From: an uncultured Actinomycetota bacterium
GTDB lineage: Bacteria; Actinomycetota; Actinomycetes; JACCUZ01
Direction of reading: 5' to 3'
DNA: 64,000 nucleotides
Assembly (NCBI GenBank): GCA_963746465.1
Contig: CAVVAY010000007.1
Coordinates: forward strand, 508,937 to 572,936
Of the stretch, positions 1-10,647 are shown piece after piece. Every line of letters starts with the position of its first letter. Position 1 is the first letter of the stretch. The position numbers and the translations under genes are program-made. Under the pieces are notes generated by a model. That model was not told the DNA's origin. It did not search any database and was given only the letters and a program-made list of their open reading frames with translations.

Positions 1-981
<981 letters not shown>

Positions 982-1040
982 CAGGTGGTCCGGACGGTCC
1001 TGCACGTTCCCATGCTGCACCCGCCGCCGCAGATGACGAC

Positions 1041-1067
1041 GGCCGGCCACCTGGCAGGTGGCCGGCC
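1041..1067. terminator. perfect 11-bp inverted repeat GGCCGGCCACC-tggca-GGTGGCCGGCC, putative terminator downstream of tRNA-Pro
   Basis: Read directly from the sequence. It lies 9 nt from the 3' end of the minus-strand tRNA. There is no U-tract on the tRNA strand, which is usual for actinobacterial I-shaped terminators. Confidence 0.4.
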
Positions 1068-1075
1068 GTCTTCTG

Positions 1076-1151
<76 letters not shown>

Positions 1152-1199
1152 CGAGCCCGGCAAGTCTAGCGGAGGCAGCCGGACTGCCGGACCAGGGAT

Positions 1200-2123
1200 T
1201 CAGCCCGGGCGGGCGACCAGCGTGAGCAGCGTCGCCTCGGGACGGCAGGCGAACCGCACCGGCGCGTACGGCGAGGTGCCCAGGCCGGCGGAGACGTGCA
1301 GCCAGCCCTGCCGACCGCCTGACGACCAGGTCGACAGGCCGCGCGCCTGCCGCCGCGGCAGGTCGCAGTTGGTCACGAGCGCCCCGAAGCCCGGCACCCT
1401 GAGCTGCCCGCCGTGGGTGTGACCGGCCATCACCAGGCCGAAGCCGTCGGCGACCATCGGGTCGAGGATCCGGCGGTACGGGGCGTGGGTGACGCCCAGC
1501 GACAGGGTCGCGGACGGGTCGGCCGGCCCGGCGACCTCGGCGTACCGGTCGGCCCGGATGTGCCCGTCGTCGGTGCCGACCAGCTCGATCTCGCGATGGT
1601 CGACCTTGAGCCGCGCCCTGGCGTTGTCCAGGTCGACCCAGCCGGCGGCAAGCAGGCCGTCGCGCAGGTCCTCGGTGGGCAGCCGGGCCTTGCCGAGTCG
1701 CACCTGCCGGGCCGGCAACAGGTAGCGCGCCGGGTTCTTGAACATCGGCGCGTAGTAGTCGTTGGACCCCATCACGAACGCACCCGGCCGCTCGAGCAGC
1801 GGACCGAGCGCGTCGAGCACCGCGGGCACGGCCTCCAGGTGGCCCAGGTTGTCGCCGGTGTCCACGACGAGATCCGGCTCCAGCCCGGCCAAGGAACGCA
1901 CCCAGTCGCGCTTGCGGCGCTGGTCGGGCACCAGGTGCAGGTCGGACAGGTGCAGCACCCGCAGCGGGCGCTGCCCGGCCGCCAGCACCGGCACCTCGGC
2001 CCGCCGCAGCGTGAAGGCGCGCACCTCGTAGCCGGCCGCCCACGCCAGGCAGGCCGCGCCGACGGCGGCACCGCCGGCGACCGCGGTCAGCGGCAGCCGC
2101 AGGGCGGAGGCAGGTCGTGTCAC
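1200..2123 (-). CDS. metallophosphoesterase (calcineurin-like phosphoesterase) with an N-terminal transmembrane segment
   Basis: Motifs [21 protein letters not shown] and AGHTHGG are present. The GTG start at 2123 was chosen over the ATG at 2180, which would overlap the divergent YqeY start. It is syntenic with Mtb Rv3683. Confidence 0.8.
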   Translation of the reverse strand: MTRPASALRLPLTAVAGGAAVGAACLAWAAGYEVRAFTLRRAEVPVLAAGQRPLRVLHLSDLHLVPDQRRKRDWVRSLAGLEPDLVVDTGDNLGHLEAVPAVLDALGPLLERPGAFVMGSNDYYAPMFKNPARYLLPARQVRLGKARLPTEDLRDGLLAAGWVDLDNARARLKVDHREIELVGTDDGHIRADRYAEVAGPADPSATLSLGVTHAPYRRILDPMVADGFGLVMAGHTHGGQLRVPGFGALVTNCDLPRRQARGLSTWSSGGRQGWLHVSAGLGTSPYAPVRFACRPEATLLTLVARPG

Positions 2124-2178
2124 CCCACGATGCTGGCACACTGCGCCGCGCGGTCGCAGCGCTGACAGGATGGGCGCC

Positions 2179-2634
2179 ATGACCGGTCTCAAGGATCGAC
2201 TCCAGGCTGACCTCACCACCGCGATGAAGGCGCGCGACGAGCTGCGCTCGGCGACGCTGCGGATGGTGCTCACCGCGGTGAAGAACGAAGAGGTGTCCGG
2301 CAAGACCGCCCGCGAGCTCGACGACGCCGAGGTGGTCACCGTGCTCGGCCGCGAGGCGAAGAAGCGGCGCGAGGCGGCCGAGGCCTTCGCCGACGGCGGC
2401 CGCCCGGAGCGGGCCGAGCGCGAGAAGGCCGAGGAGGAGGTCATCGCGACCTACCTGCCGGCCCAGCTGTCGGACGACGAGCTGCGCGACCTGGTCACCG
2501 CGGCCATCGCCGACACGGGTGCGGTCGGACCGCAGGCGATGGGTCAGGTGATGAAGTCGGTGACGCCGAAGACCACCGGACGGGCCGACGGGGGCCGGGT
2601 CGCGGCCGAGGTACGCCGACAGCTCGCCGGCTGA
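2179..2634 (+). CDS. GatB/YqeY domain-containing protein
   Basis: Translation MTGLKDRLQADLTTAMKARDELRSATLRMVLTAVKNEEV... is typical of the YqeY family. The ATG at 2179 was preferred to the one at 2170. Confidence 0.85.
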   Translation: MTGLKDRLQADLTTAMKARDELRSATLRMVLTAVKNEEVSGKTARELDDAEVVTVLGREAKKRREAAEAFADGGRPERAEREKAEEEVIATYLPAQLSDDELRDLVTAAIADTGAVGPQAMGQVMKSVTPKTTGRADGGRVAAEVRRQLAG

Positions 2635-2655
2635 CGACGCGTCCCAGGCGGGTGC

Positions 2656-5085
2656 TCAGCCGCCGTCAGGGTTTCGGCAGCCGGGCCGGTTGGAGTTGCC
2701 GCAGGTGTCCTCCGGGCTCGGCTGACCCAGGTCCGGCTGGCCCGGGTCGGTCGGTCCCGGGCCGGGTCCGGTCGTGAGAGACGGTTGTGGCGCCGGGGGT
2801 CCGGCGCTGACGTAGATGACGACCCGCTGGCCCGGGTAGACCGACGCGCCGTTGCCCGGGTAGGAGTAGGCCACGGTCCCGGCGGGTGCGTAGTCGACGT
2901 AGACCGGGTCCTGGCTCACCACCGGGTCGAGCTGGGCCCCGCGCAGCAGCTCCTTGGCCTGCTCGACGGACTTGCCGGTGACCGACGGCACGGACAGGTC
3001 GTCGCCGCGGCGGACGTCGTCGTTGGCGTCGGTGAAGGAGGACACGGGTGTGCCGGACACGGTGCGGCTCATCATCTGCTGCCAGATCGGCCCGGGCAGG
3101 CAGCCGCCGCACACGTCGCCGTAGTAGACGCCACCGATCAGCCGGTTCTGCAGCGGATAGCCACCGGCCGGCGGGCTCGGGTTGCCGGCCCACACCGCGG
3201 TGGCCAGGTCGGGGGTGTAGCCGACGAACCAGACCGACACCCGCCGGTTGGTGGTGCCGGTCTTTCCTGCCGCCGGGCGGCCGATCGCGGCCCGGGTACC
3301 GGTGCCGCGCTGGATGACGCCTTGGAGCAGCTCGTTGATGCCGTCCGCGATGTCCTGGTCGAGGACCTGCTTGCATCCCGCCTGGGGCACCGGCAGCCGG
3401 TTGCCGGACGGGTCGGTCACCTCGAGGATCGCGATCGAGGTGCAGTGCACGCCGCGGGCGGCGAACGACGCGTAGGCCTCGGCCATCGACAGTGGCGACA
3501 CCTCGTCCACCCCGAGGGTGAAGCTCTTGAACGGTCCGCTCAGGGGCTCGCCGTCGGCACGGTTCATGCCGAGCGCCTGGGCGATCTGCCACGGCCGGCA
3601 CACCCCTACCCGCTCCTCGAGCTGGGCGAAGTAGGTGTTGATCGAGCCCTCGATGCCCGTCTGCAGGGTGTAGGTGCCGTTCTCGCTGCTCGTCTCGTTG
3701 AACGGGTCCCACGGGTCGGTCAGGACCTCGTTGCAGCCCTGCACGTCCCCGATGTGCGCCTGGTACGGCGCGTAGATCGGGTAGCTGAACGGGTAGCCCT
3801 TCTCCAGGGCCGCGGCCGCGACGAACGGCTTGAACGTCGACCCGGCCTGGAAGCCGCTGCTGCCGCCGTACGCCCGGTCGGTCGCGGGGTTGAACTTGAT
3901 CTCGCCCTTCTTGTTCCTGTCGCCGTAGTCCCGGCTCACGGCCATCGCCCGGATGTGGCCGGTGCCGGGCTGCACCGAGACCAGGGCCGAGGCGACCTCG
4001 TCGGTGGGTTCCACGTGGTCGGCCAGCGACTCCTGCGCGTTGCGCTGCGCCTCCGGGTCGAGGGTGGTGGTGATCGTGAGCCCGCCGCGCAGCAAGAGCT
4101 TGGTGCGGTCGGACCGCTCCGCCCCGAAGGCCTTGTCGTTGAGGATGGTCTTGAGCACGAAGTCGCAGAAGAACGCGACCTTGGAGTCGTTGCAGCCGTT
4201 CTGGCGGAACCGTCGTGCCGGGTTGAGGGCCAGCTCGGTCGCGCGCGCCTCAGCCACCGCCTGCGGGTCGGCCAGGCCGACCTGGGCCATCCGGTCCAGC
4301 ACGATGTTGCGTCGGGCCAGCGACCGCTCGGGGTTGCGCGTCGGGTCGAACGCCGTCGGCTGCTGCACGATGCCCGCGAGCAGCGCGGCCTGCGCCAGCG
4401 TCAGGTCGCGGGCGTGGGTGTTGAAGTAGCGCTTGGCCGCCGCCTCGACACCGAACGCGCCGCCGCCGAAGTAGGCGATGTTCAGGTAGCGCTCGAGGAT
4501 CTGCTGCTTGGTGTACTTCTCCTCGACCGCCACCGCGTAGCGCAGCTCGCGCAGCTTGCGGGTGTACGACTGGGCCGTCGCGGCCTTCATCGCCTCGGCG
4601 CGCTCCTTGTCGTCCTTGATGTTCGACGCCGACTCGAGCAGCACCTGCTTGACGTACTGCTGGGTCAGCGTCGAGCCGCCCTGCACGTCCTCGCCCGCCT
4701 GGTTGTTGACGAACGCCCGCAGCGTTCCGCGGAGGTCGATGCCGCCGTGCTGGTAGAACCGCGAGTCCTCGATCGCGATGACCGCCTTGCGCATCACGGG
4801 GGCGACCTCGGAGATCGGGACTGAGACCCGGTTCTCCTCGTAGAAGCTGGCGATCAGCGAGCCGTCGGCGGCCAGGATCCGGGACCGCTCGGGAAGCGGG
4901 GGGATCTCCAGCTCGGCCGGCAGCGAGTCGAACCCGTCGGCGCTGTCCCGGGCCGCCAGGCCCAGCCCACCGACGACCGGGAGGGTGACGCCGGCGACCA
5001 GCAGGCCGCACAGCACGCTGACGCACAGGAAGAGCATCAGCCGGGAGATGAACCCGCCGGCAGCGCGCGGGCGCAATCCGTCCAT
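2656..5085 (-). CDS. ponA: penicillin-binding protein 1A family (bifunctional transglycosylase/transpeptidase) with a Pro/Gly-rich C-terminal tail
   Basis: It has an N-terminal membrane anchor, GT51 motifs (EDSRFYQHGGID, TLTQQ) and the transpeptidase motifs STFKP and KTGTT. It is an 809-aa ORF with strong GC3 bias, syntenic with Mtb ponA2. Confidence 0.9.
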   Translation of the reverse strand: MDGLRPRAAGGFISRLMLFLCVSVLCGLLVAGVTLPVVGGLGLAARDSADGFDSLPAELEIPPLPERSRILAADGSLIASFYEENRVSVPISEVAPVMRKAVIAIEDSRFYQHGGIDLRGTLRAFVNNQAGEDVQGGSTLTQQYVKQVLLESASNIKDDKERAEAMKAATAQSYTRKLRELRYAVAVEEKYTKQQILERYLNIAYFGGGAFGVEAAAKRYFNTHARDLTLAQAALLAGIVQQPTAFDPTRNPERSLARRNIVLDRMAQVGLADPQAVAEARATELALNPARRFRQNGCNDSKVAFFCDFVLKTILNDKAFGAERSDRTKLLLRGGLTITTTLDPEAQRNAQESLADHVEPTDEVASALVSVQPGTGHIRAMAVSRDYGDRNKKGEIKFNPATDRAYGGSSGFQAGSTFKPFVAAAALEKGYPFSYPIYAPYQAHIGDVQGCNEVLTDPWDPFNETSSENGTYTLQTGIEGSINTYFAQLEERVGVCRPWQIAQALGMNRADGEPLSGPFKSFTLGVDEVSPLSMAEAYASFAARGVHCTSIAILEVTDPSGNRLPVPQAGCKQVLDQDIADGINELLQGVIQRGTGTRAAIGRPAAGKTGTTNRRVSVWFVGYTPDLATAVWAGNPSPPAGGYPLQNRLIGGVYYGDVCGGCLPGPIWQQMMSRTVSGTPVSSFTDANDDVRRGDDLSVPSVTGKSVEQAKELLRGAQLDPVVSQDPVYVDYAPAGTVAYSYPGNGASVYPGQRVVIYVSAGPPAPQPSLTTGPGPGPTDPGQPDLGQPSPEDTCGNSNRPGCRNPDGG

Positions 5086-5242
5086 GGTGGACAGGGTACG
5101 GGTCGAGCGTGCCGGGTCGCGACGACGGCGTGGCCGGTCGGCTCGGCACGCAGCGTGACGGACCTGTCACCGCAACCTCGGCCTGCGCGCCGGTGCTGGA
5201 CGTATGGGGGGCGTCCGTAGTCCGTACTGACTAGGTCAATTT

Positions 5243-5256
5243 GGACCGAACGGTCC
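5243..5256. promoter_or_regulatory. perfect palindrome GGACCG-AA-CGGTCC in the whiB leader / divergent ponA-whiB promoter region
   Basis: Read from the sequence. It sits in the relatively AT-rich 155-bp divergent intergenic region, just upstream of the preferred whiB ATG at 5331. Confidence 0.3.
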
Positions 5257-5330
5257 TGTCGTCCGACGTGTCCGGGTCCGTACCGTCCGACGGAGAAGAT
5301 CCAGCACCAGAGCACAAAGGACGGTCCAGG

Positions 5331-5642
5331 ATGACGTGGGCAGACGACTGGGCGTCGCGGGGGGCATGTCGGACCAGCGACCCGGACACGCTTTTCGTGC
5401 AGGGGGCAGCGCAGAACCGGGCCAAGGCCGTGTGCATGGGGTGCCCTGTGCGCACCGAGTGCCTCTCCGACTCGCTGGACAACCGGGTCGAGTTCGGGGT
5501 GTGGGGCGGGATGACCGAGCGTGAGCGCCGAGCGCTGCTCCGCCGCCGGCCGAACGTCACCTCGTGGCGGGCGCTCCTCGAGACGGCTCGCGACGAGTAC
5601 CAGCGCGGCCTGAGCAGCTCGTCGCTCCCGGTGGCCATGTAG
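5331..5642 (+). CDS. whiB: WhiB family transcriptional regulator (Fe-S cluster, Wbl)
   Basis: Translation MTWADDWASRGACRTSDPDTLF...AKAVCMGCPVRTECLSDSL...GVWGGMTERERRALLRRR contains the four Wbl cysteines and the GVWGG turn. The ATG at 5331 is preferred. A TTG at 5241 would add a 30-aa extension. It is divergent from ponA, as whiB4 is from ponA2 in mycobacteria. Confidence 0.8.
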   Translation: MTWADDWASRGACRTSDPDTLFVQGAAQNRAKAVCMGCPVRTECLSDSLDNRVEFGVWGGMTERERRALLRRRPNVTSWRALLETARDEYQRGLSSSSLPVAM

Positions 5643-5732
5643 TCAGCTGACGTGCAGGGGCCTCCGGCACGACGGGAGGCTGGTTCGGGGCGGTCCTGGA
5701 GGGGAGGACCGCCCCGATCTGCTGTCCGGTCC

Positions 5733-6857
5733 TCAGCCGCCCGCGAGGGCGCGCCCGATCGTCCGCAGCCCGGCGAGGTCGTGCACGTCGCCCGGCTGGG
5801 CCGGTACGTCGACCACCGGCACCCGCGGGTGCGCGGCGGTGAACCGGCGGCGCAGCGACTGCTCGCGCTCGATCATCCGCATCCGCTCGGCGTGCAGCCG
5901 CAGCACGGTGGCCGCCAACCGGTGCTCGCCCGCCTCGTCCAGGGTCTCGGCACCGGCCGCCGCCCGGGCCGCCGACAGCGTCCCCGCTCCGGTGACGTGC
6001 ACCCGGTTCAGCACCAGTCCGGACAACGGCATGCCCTCGGTCCCGAGCCGCTCGACGAAGTACGACGCCTCGCGCAGCGCGTCCCGCTCCGGGGCGGCGA
6101 CCACGACGAAGGAGGTGCCGGAGGCCTGCAGCAGCCGGAACGTCGACTCGGCCCGCTCCCGGAAGCCGCCGAACATCGTGTCCAGGGCGGCGACGAAGGT
6201 CTGCATGTCCTTGAGCACCTGCGCGCCGAGGATCTTGGTGAGCAGCCCGGTCACCGCGCCGAACCCGGCGCCGAGGACCTTGAGGTAGGCCCGGCCGCCG
6301 GTCCGCGCGCCGCCCATCAGGATCCGGATGAACCTGCCGTCCAGGAACGACCCGAGCCGCTTGGGGGCGTCCAGGAAGTCCAGCGCCGACCGGCTCGGCG
6401 GGGTGTCGACGACGATCAGGTCCCAGCGGTTCTCGGCCCGCAGCTGGCCGAGCTTCTCCATCGCCATGTACTCCTGCGTGCCCGAGAAGCTGGACGACAG
6501 CGACTGGTAGAAGGGGTTGTCCAGGATGGCCTGGGCCCGCGACGGCGTCGAGTGCGCGAGCACGACCTCGTCGAAGGTCCGCTTCATGTCCAGCATCATC
6601 GCGTCGAGCGTCCCCCCGGCCGACTCGTCGACCCCGGTCACGCGTCGTGGGATGTTGTCCAGCGCCTTGAGCCCCATGGACTGCGCGAGCCGCCGGGCCG
6701 GGTCGATGGTGAGGACCACGACCGCACGGCCCTGCTCGGCGGCCCGCAGCGCCAGCGCGGCGGCCGTCGTCGTCTTCCCGACGCCACCCGAGCCGCAGCA
6801 CACCACGATCCGCGTCCCCCCGTCGCCGATGACCGTGTCCAGGTCCAGCGTCCTCAT
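5733..6857 (-). CDS. ArsA-family anion-transporting ATPase-like protein
   Basis: It has the P-loop GSGGVGKTT and the ArsA-like architecture. It is 374 aa and syntenic with Mtb Rv3680. Confidence 0.85.
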   Translation of the reverse strand: MRTLDLDTVIGDGGTRIVVCCGSGGVGKTTTAAALALRAAEQGRAVVVLTIDPARRLAQSMGLKALDNIPRRVTGVDESAGGTLDAMMLDMKRTFDEVVLAHSTPSRAQAILDNPFYQSLSSSFSGTQEYMAMEKLGQLRAENRWDLIVVDTPPSRSALDFLDAPKRLGSFLDGRFIRILMGGARTGGRAYLKVLGAGFGAVTGLLTKILGAQVLKDMQTFVAALDTMFGGFRERAESTFRLLQASGTSFVVVAAPERDALREASYFVERLGTEGMPLSGLVLNRVHVTGAGTLSAARAAAGAETLDEAGEHRLAATVLRLHAERMRMIEREQSLRRRFTAAHPRVPVVDVPAQPGDVHDLAGLRTIGRALAGG

Positions 6858-7843
6858 GCGGCGCCCTGGGCGCAGAGTCGCTCGGCCAGGCCGTAGAGGC
6901 CACCGAGGTCGACGCCCTCGGAAAGCAGCGGAAGCTCGTACGTCGGCCGGCCCAGCGCCTTCAAGGTGCGCCGCTCGGCCTTCTCCAGGGCGACCCGCTC
7001 GGCATGCTCGGCCACCTCGCCCAGCAGCGCGTCCACGGCCCCGGCGCGGACGCCGACACCGGCCGCCTCGAGCCCGGCGGCCACCTCCTCGCGGGGCAGC
7101 CGGCCCTTGGCCGCAGCCGTGAGGTCGGCCACCTTGAACAGCGGTTCGCGGACGCCGTTGACCACGATCCCGCCGACCGGAAGCCCGGCGGCGGCCAGCT
7201 CCGCGACCGCATCCACGGTCTCCTGCACCGGCATCTCCTCGAGCAAGGTCACGACGTGCACCGCGGTCTGCGGGGAGGTGAGCAAGGCCATGATCGCGTC
7301 GGCCTGACCGCGGATCGGGCCGACCTTGGCCAGCCCGGCGACCTCGGCGTTGACCCCGAGGAAGCGCGTGATGCGACCGGTGGGCGGCGCATCCAGCACG
7401 ACCGCGTCGTACACCGGCTTGCCGGCCTTCTTCCGGCGTACGGCCTCGTAGACCTTCCCGGTGAGCAGCACGTCGCGCATCCCCGGAGCGATCGTGGTAG
7501 CGAAGTCGATGGCGCCGATCTTGCGCAGCCCGCGGCCGGCCCGCCCCAGCTTGTAGAACATGTCGAGGTACTCGAGCAGGGCCCCCTCGGGGTCGACCGG
7601 GAGGGCCAGCACGTCGCCGCCGCCGGGGCCGACCGCGACCTTGCGCTCCTCGTAGGGCAGCGGAGGGGCATCGAAGAGCTGCGCGATGCCCTGCCGGTTC
7701 TCGACCTCGACCAGCAGCGTCCGACGTCCCTCACCCGCCAGGGCGAGCGCGAGAGCGGCGGCCACCGTGGTCTTGCCGGTGCCGCCCTTCCCGGTCACGA
7801 CGTGCAGTCGCACGCCTTCCCAGTCGGACTCGCGGCTGGCCAT
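6854..7843 (-). CDS. ArsA-family ATPase-like protein (paralogue, upstream partner)
   Basis: The P-loop is VTGKGGTGKTT. The ATG at 7843 (MASRESDWEG) is preferred to the track's upstream extension. Its stop overlaps the downstream start as ATGA at 6854-6857. It is syntenic with Mtb Rv3679. Confidence 0.85.
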   Translation of the reverse strand: MASRESDWEGVRLHVVTGKGGTGKTTVAAALALALAGEGRRTLLVEVENRQGIAQLFDAPPLPYEERKVAVGPGGGDVLALPVDPEGALLEYLDMFYKLGRAGRGLRKIGAIDFATTIAPGMRDVLLTGKVYEAVRRKKAGKPVYDAVVLDAPPTGRITRFLGVNAEVAGLAKVGPIRGQADAIMALLTSPQTAVHVVTLLEEMPVQETVDAVAELAAAGLPVGGIVVNGVREPLFKVADLTAAAKGRLPREEVAAGLEAAGVGVRAGAVDALLGEVAEHAERVALEKAERRTLKALGRPTYELPLLSEGVDLGGLYGLAERLCAQGAA

Positions 7844-7877
7844 GCGGGGAGCGTAATCGCACCTAGGATGCGCCCTC

Positions 7878-8360
7878 GTGACCGGCCGCCCCCGACTGAC
7901 CACCGCACGGACGGTGCTCGTGCCGCAGACCCTCGACGCGGCTCGCGCCATGCTGGCCGGGCAGGACCCGGGGCTGCCGCTCGCGGAGGGCTACCCGCAC
8001 GCCGACAGCCTCGACGCGATGCGGATGTACGTCGAGCACGGTGGGCCGGACGACGGCGGATGGTTCGTGACGCTGGCGGAGGACGGCCGTGTCATAGGGG
8101 ACTGCGGCACGTTCGGGCCGCCGGACGACCAGGGCCGGGTCGAGATCGGCTACGGGCTCGCGGCGCCGTTCCGCGGCCGGGGTCTGGGCACCGAGGCGGT
8201 CCGCGCACTGGTCGACTGGCTGGTTGCCCAGCCCGAGGTCCGCACCGTGACCGCCTCGGTCGAGGTCGGCAACGAGCCGTCCCGCCGCCTGCTCGTGGCG
8301 CTCGGCTTCACCCTCGTCGCCGAGGCCGACGGCGAGTGGCACCTCGAGCGCCCCGCCTGA
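7878..8360 (+). CDS. GNAT family N-acetyltransferase
   Basis: The acetyl-CoA binding motif RGRGLGTEAV is present and the protein is 160 aa. Confidence 0.8.
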   Translation: MTGRPRLTTARTVLVPQTLDAARAMLAGQDPGLPLAEGYPHADSLDAMRMYVEHGGPDDGGWFVTLAEDGRVIGDCGTFGPPDDQGRVEIGYGLAAPFRGRGLGTEAVRALVDWLVAQPEVRTVTASVEVGNEPSRRLLVALGFTLVAEADGEWHLERPA

Positions 8361-8429
8361 CGTTCCCCGGGCGCGTTTTCTCATGATCGGAGCAATTCCG
8401 TCGTCCGCGTTGGCGCCGAGGCACTCCGA

Positions 8430-9230
8430 TCATGCGTTTCCGGGCGTGAGGGCCTGCGCGACGGCGGCGAGCACACTGGCCCAGGCGTCCGACCCAGGGT
8501 CGATGAGCGACATGTGGTCGACGTCGACGAGCTCGTGCAGCGCGACGTCCTCCCCCACAGCGGCGGCTGCAGCGCGAAAGCTGCGACTGACCTCCACCGG
8601 CACGTCCTCGTCCCGGGTGCCGTGCACGAGCACGGTCGGTACGCCGGTCGGCAGCAGCCGGGCCGGGTCGGCAACGGCGTACCGCTCCGGCTGCTCGTCC
8701 GGTGCCCCGCCCAGCAGCCCCTCGGTGGCCCGGTTCCCCAGGCCGAGTCGCTGCGCCAGACCGAGGTCGAGGACACCGGCCAGGGCCACCACCCCGACGC
8801 GCAGCGCCGTGGGGCGATGCCAGGGCGAGCCGGCCGGGAGCCGGTGCCGGGCGGCCGACCAGGCCACCAGGTGGCCACCGGCCGAGTGCCCGACCAGGGC
8901 GGTCCGTCCCGGGTCGACGCGCGCACCGACCTCGCCCGCGACCAGGCCGGGCACCGTGTCGCCGATCAGCGCCAGGTCGTCCAGCGTCCCCGGCCAGCCA
9001 CCGCCCGGCATGCCGACCCGGCGGTACTCGACGGTCGCGACCAGGTGGCCGGCCGCGGCCAGTCCCGCGCTCTGCTCCGCGACGTGCTCGCGGTCCCACT
9101 CGGCCTTCCAGAAGCCGCCGTGGACCACCACGACCAGCGGCGCGGGCTGCCCGGTCCCGGCCGGCAGCCGCACGTCGACCAGGTGCTCGGGCAGCGGCCC
9201 GTAGGACAACGTCAGGTCCGGTGCGCTCAC
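8430..9230 (-). CDS. alpha/beta hydrolase (esterase/lipase-like)
   Basis: It has the HGGFW oxyanion region and the GHSAGG nucleophile elbow. The GTG start at 9230 overlaps the stop of the upstream SDR gene as GTGA. The 417-aa track ORF is over-extended. Confidence 0.75.
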   Translation of the reverse strand: MSAPDLTLSYGPLPEHLVDVRLPAGTGQPAPLVVVVHGGFWKAEWDREHVAEQSAGLAAAGHLVATVEYRRVGMPGGGWPGTLDDLALIGDTVPGLVAGEVGARVDPGRTALVGHSAGGHLVAWSAARHRLPAGSPWHRPTALRVGVVALAGVLDLGLAQRLGLGNRATEGLLGGAPDEQPERYAVADPARLLPTGVPTVLVHGTRDEDVPVEVSRSFRAAAAAVGEDVALHELVDVDHMSLIDPGSDAWASVLAAVAQALTPGNA

Positions 9231-10006
9231 CCCTGCACGGCCCCGCCGTCGACGTTGATGCCCTGTCCGGTGAAGCCACCATTGGCCACGCAGAACCACA
9301 CCGACTCGGCGACCTCGTCCACCGTGATCAGCCGGCCGATCGGCTGCTTGCGCTCCAGGATCTGCCGCGCCTCCGCCGCACTGCGGCCGGTCTGCTCGAC
9401 GATGGTGGCCACCGTCCCGTCGGTCATGGCGGTGTCGACGTACGCCGGGCAGACCGCGTTGGCCGTCACGCCCGTCGTGGCCAGCTCCGCCGCCACCGAC
9501 CGCACCAGACCGAGTACCCCGTGCTTGGCCGCGGTGTACCCGGCGATGTACGGCTCGCCGCGCTTGGCGGCCATCGAGGCGACCACCACGATGCGACCCC
9601 AGCCGGCCGAGACCATGCCTGGCACCACCCGGCGCACGCACCGGAACGGCGCGGTCAGGTTGAGCTCGAGCTGGCGGGCCCACATCTCGTCGGGGTAGCG
9701 CGCGATCGGCGCGGACAGCCCGTGGCCGGCGTTCGCGACGAGCACCGAGACCGGGCCCCAGGCCTGCTCGACCGCACCTGTCACGGTGTCTGCCGCGGTC
9801 GGGTCGAGCATGTCGGCGGGCAGCACCAGCGACTCGGTCGCGAGCAGCCCGGCCGTCTCGCTCAGCTCGTCCTCGCTGCGCGCGGTCAGCGCGACCCGGT
9901 AGCCCTCGGTCGCGAACCGCACCGCCACGGCCCGCCCGATGCCGCGACCAGCACCGGTGACGAGTGCGATCCGGGCGTCGTCGGACTGCGGTCTGGGGCT
10001 CGGCAC
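9227..10006 (-). CDS. SDR family oxidoreductase
   Basis: Motifs TGAGRGIG, NAG and YxxxK are present. GTG start at 10006 (VPSPRPQSDDARIALVTGAG). Confidence 0.85.
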   Translation of the reverse strand: MPSPRPQSDDARIALVTGAGRGIGRAVAVRFATEGYRVALTARSEDELSETAGLLATESLVLPADMLDPTAADTVTGAVEQAWGPVSVLVANAGHGLSAPIARYPDEMWARQLELNLTAPFRCVRRVVPGMVSAGWGRIVVVASMAAKRGEPYIAGYTAAKHGVLGLVRSVAAELATTGVTANAVCPAYVDTAMTDGTVATIVEQTGRSAAEARQILERKQPIGRLITVDEVAESVWFCVANGGFTGQGINVDGGAVQG

Positions 10007-10027
10007 CCGCGCAGTATGGTCGCTGCC

Positions 10028-10183
10028 ATGACGAAGTGGGAGTACGCCACCGTGCCCTTGCTGGTGCACGCCACCAAGCAGATCCTCGACACCTGGGGTG
10101 AGGACGGCTGGGAGCTCGTGCAGGTCGTGCCCGGTCCCGGCGGCGGTGACCAGGTCGTCGCCTACCTCAAGCGAGCCAAGTGA
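10028..10183 (+). CDS. small DUF4177-like protein
   Basis: Translation MTKWEYATVPLLVHATKQILDTWGEDGWELVQVVPG...AYLKRAK is 51 aa. An alternative ATG lies at 10016. Its stop overlaps the ridA start as GTGA. Confidence 0.55.
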   Translation: MTKWEYATVPLLVHATKQILDTWGEDGWELVQVVPGPGGGDQVVAYLKRAK

Positions 10184-10647
10184 GCACCGCCGAGGAGCGC
10201 CTGGCCGAGCTCGGCCTGACGCTGCCCTCCGACACCGCACCGCTCGCGAGCTACGTGCCGGCGGTGCGCACCGGCAACCTGGTCTTCACCTCCGGCCAGC
10301 TGCCGCGGGTCGACGGCGAGCTGACCCACGTCGGCAAGGTCGGCGCCGAGGTCACCGCGGAGCAGGCCAAGGAGGCCGCGCAGGCCTGTGCCCTCAACGC
10401 CATCGCCGCGGTCAAGGGCGAGATCGGCGACCTGGAGAAGGTACGCCGGGTGGTGAAGGTCGTCGGCTTCGTGGCCAGCACACCGGACTTCACCGGCCAG
10501 CCCGGCGTCGTCAACGGCGCCAGTGAGCTGCTGGGCAAGGTCTTCGGGGACGCCGGAGTGCACGCTCGCAGCGCCGTCGGTGTCGCCGCGCTGCCGTTGG
10601 ACGTGCCGGTCGAGGTCGAGATGATCGTCGAGGTCGACCCGGCCTAG
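10180..10647 (+). CDS. RidA family protein (YjgF/TdcF-like)
   Basis: Translation ...LVFTSGQLP...AKEAAQACALNAIAAVKGEIG...VGVAALPLDVPVEVEMIVEV is 155 aa. GTG start at 10180. Confidence 0.85.
   Translation: MSTAEERLAELGLTLPSDTAPLASYVPAVRTGNLVFTSGQLPRVDGELTHVGKVGAEVTAEQAKEAAQACALNAIAAVKGEIGDLEKVRRVVKVVGFVASTPDFTGQPGVVNGASELLGKVFGDAGVHARSAVGVAALPLDVPVEVEMIVEVDPA

Noticed and set aside
5557-6903. Long ORFs antisense to or frame-shifted against the ArsA, PBP, acs, actP and Tad genes (for example 5557-6903, 4250-5170, 2785-4824, 21757-22791, 24295-25572, 28027-30483, 28290-29135)
   Set aside because: Their translations are dominated by Arg/Ala/Gly/Pro and have low third-position GC relative to the opposite-strand gene. 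Each overlaps a gene with clear family motifs.
9227-10240. 337-aa version of the SDR gene and the 417-aa version of the hydrolase gene
   Set aside because: The N-terminal extensions are low-complexity Arg/Gly-rich. The GTG starts at 10006 and 9230 give canonical family lengths and the expected GTGA coupling.
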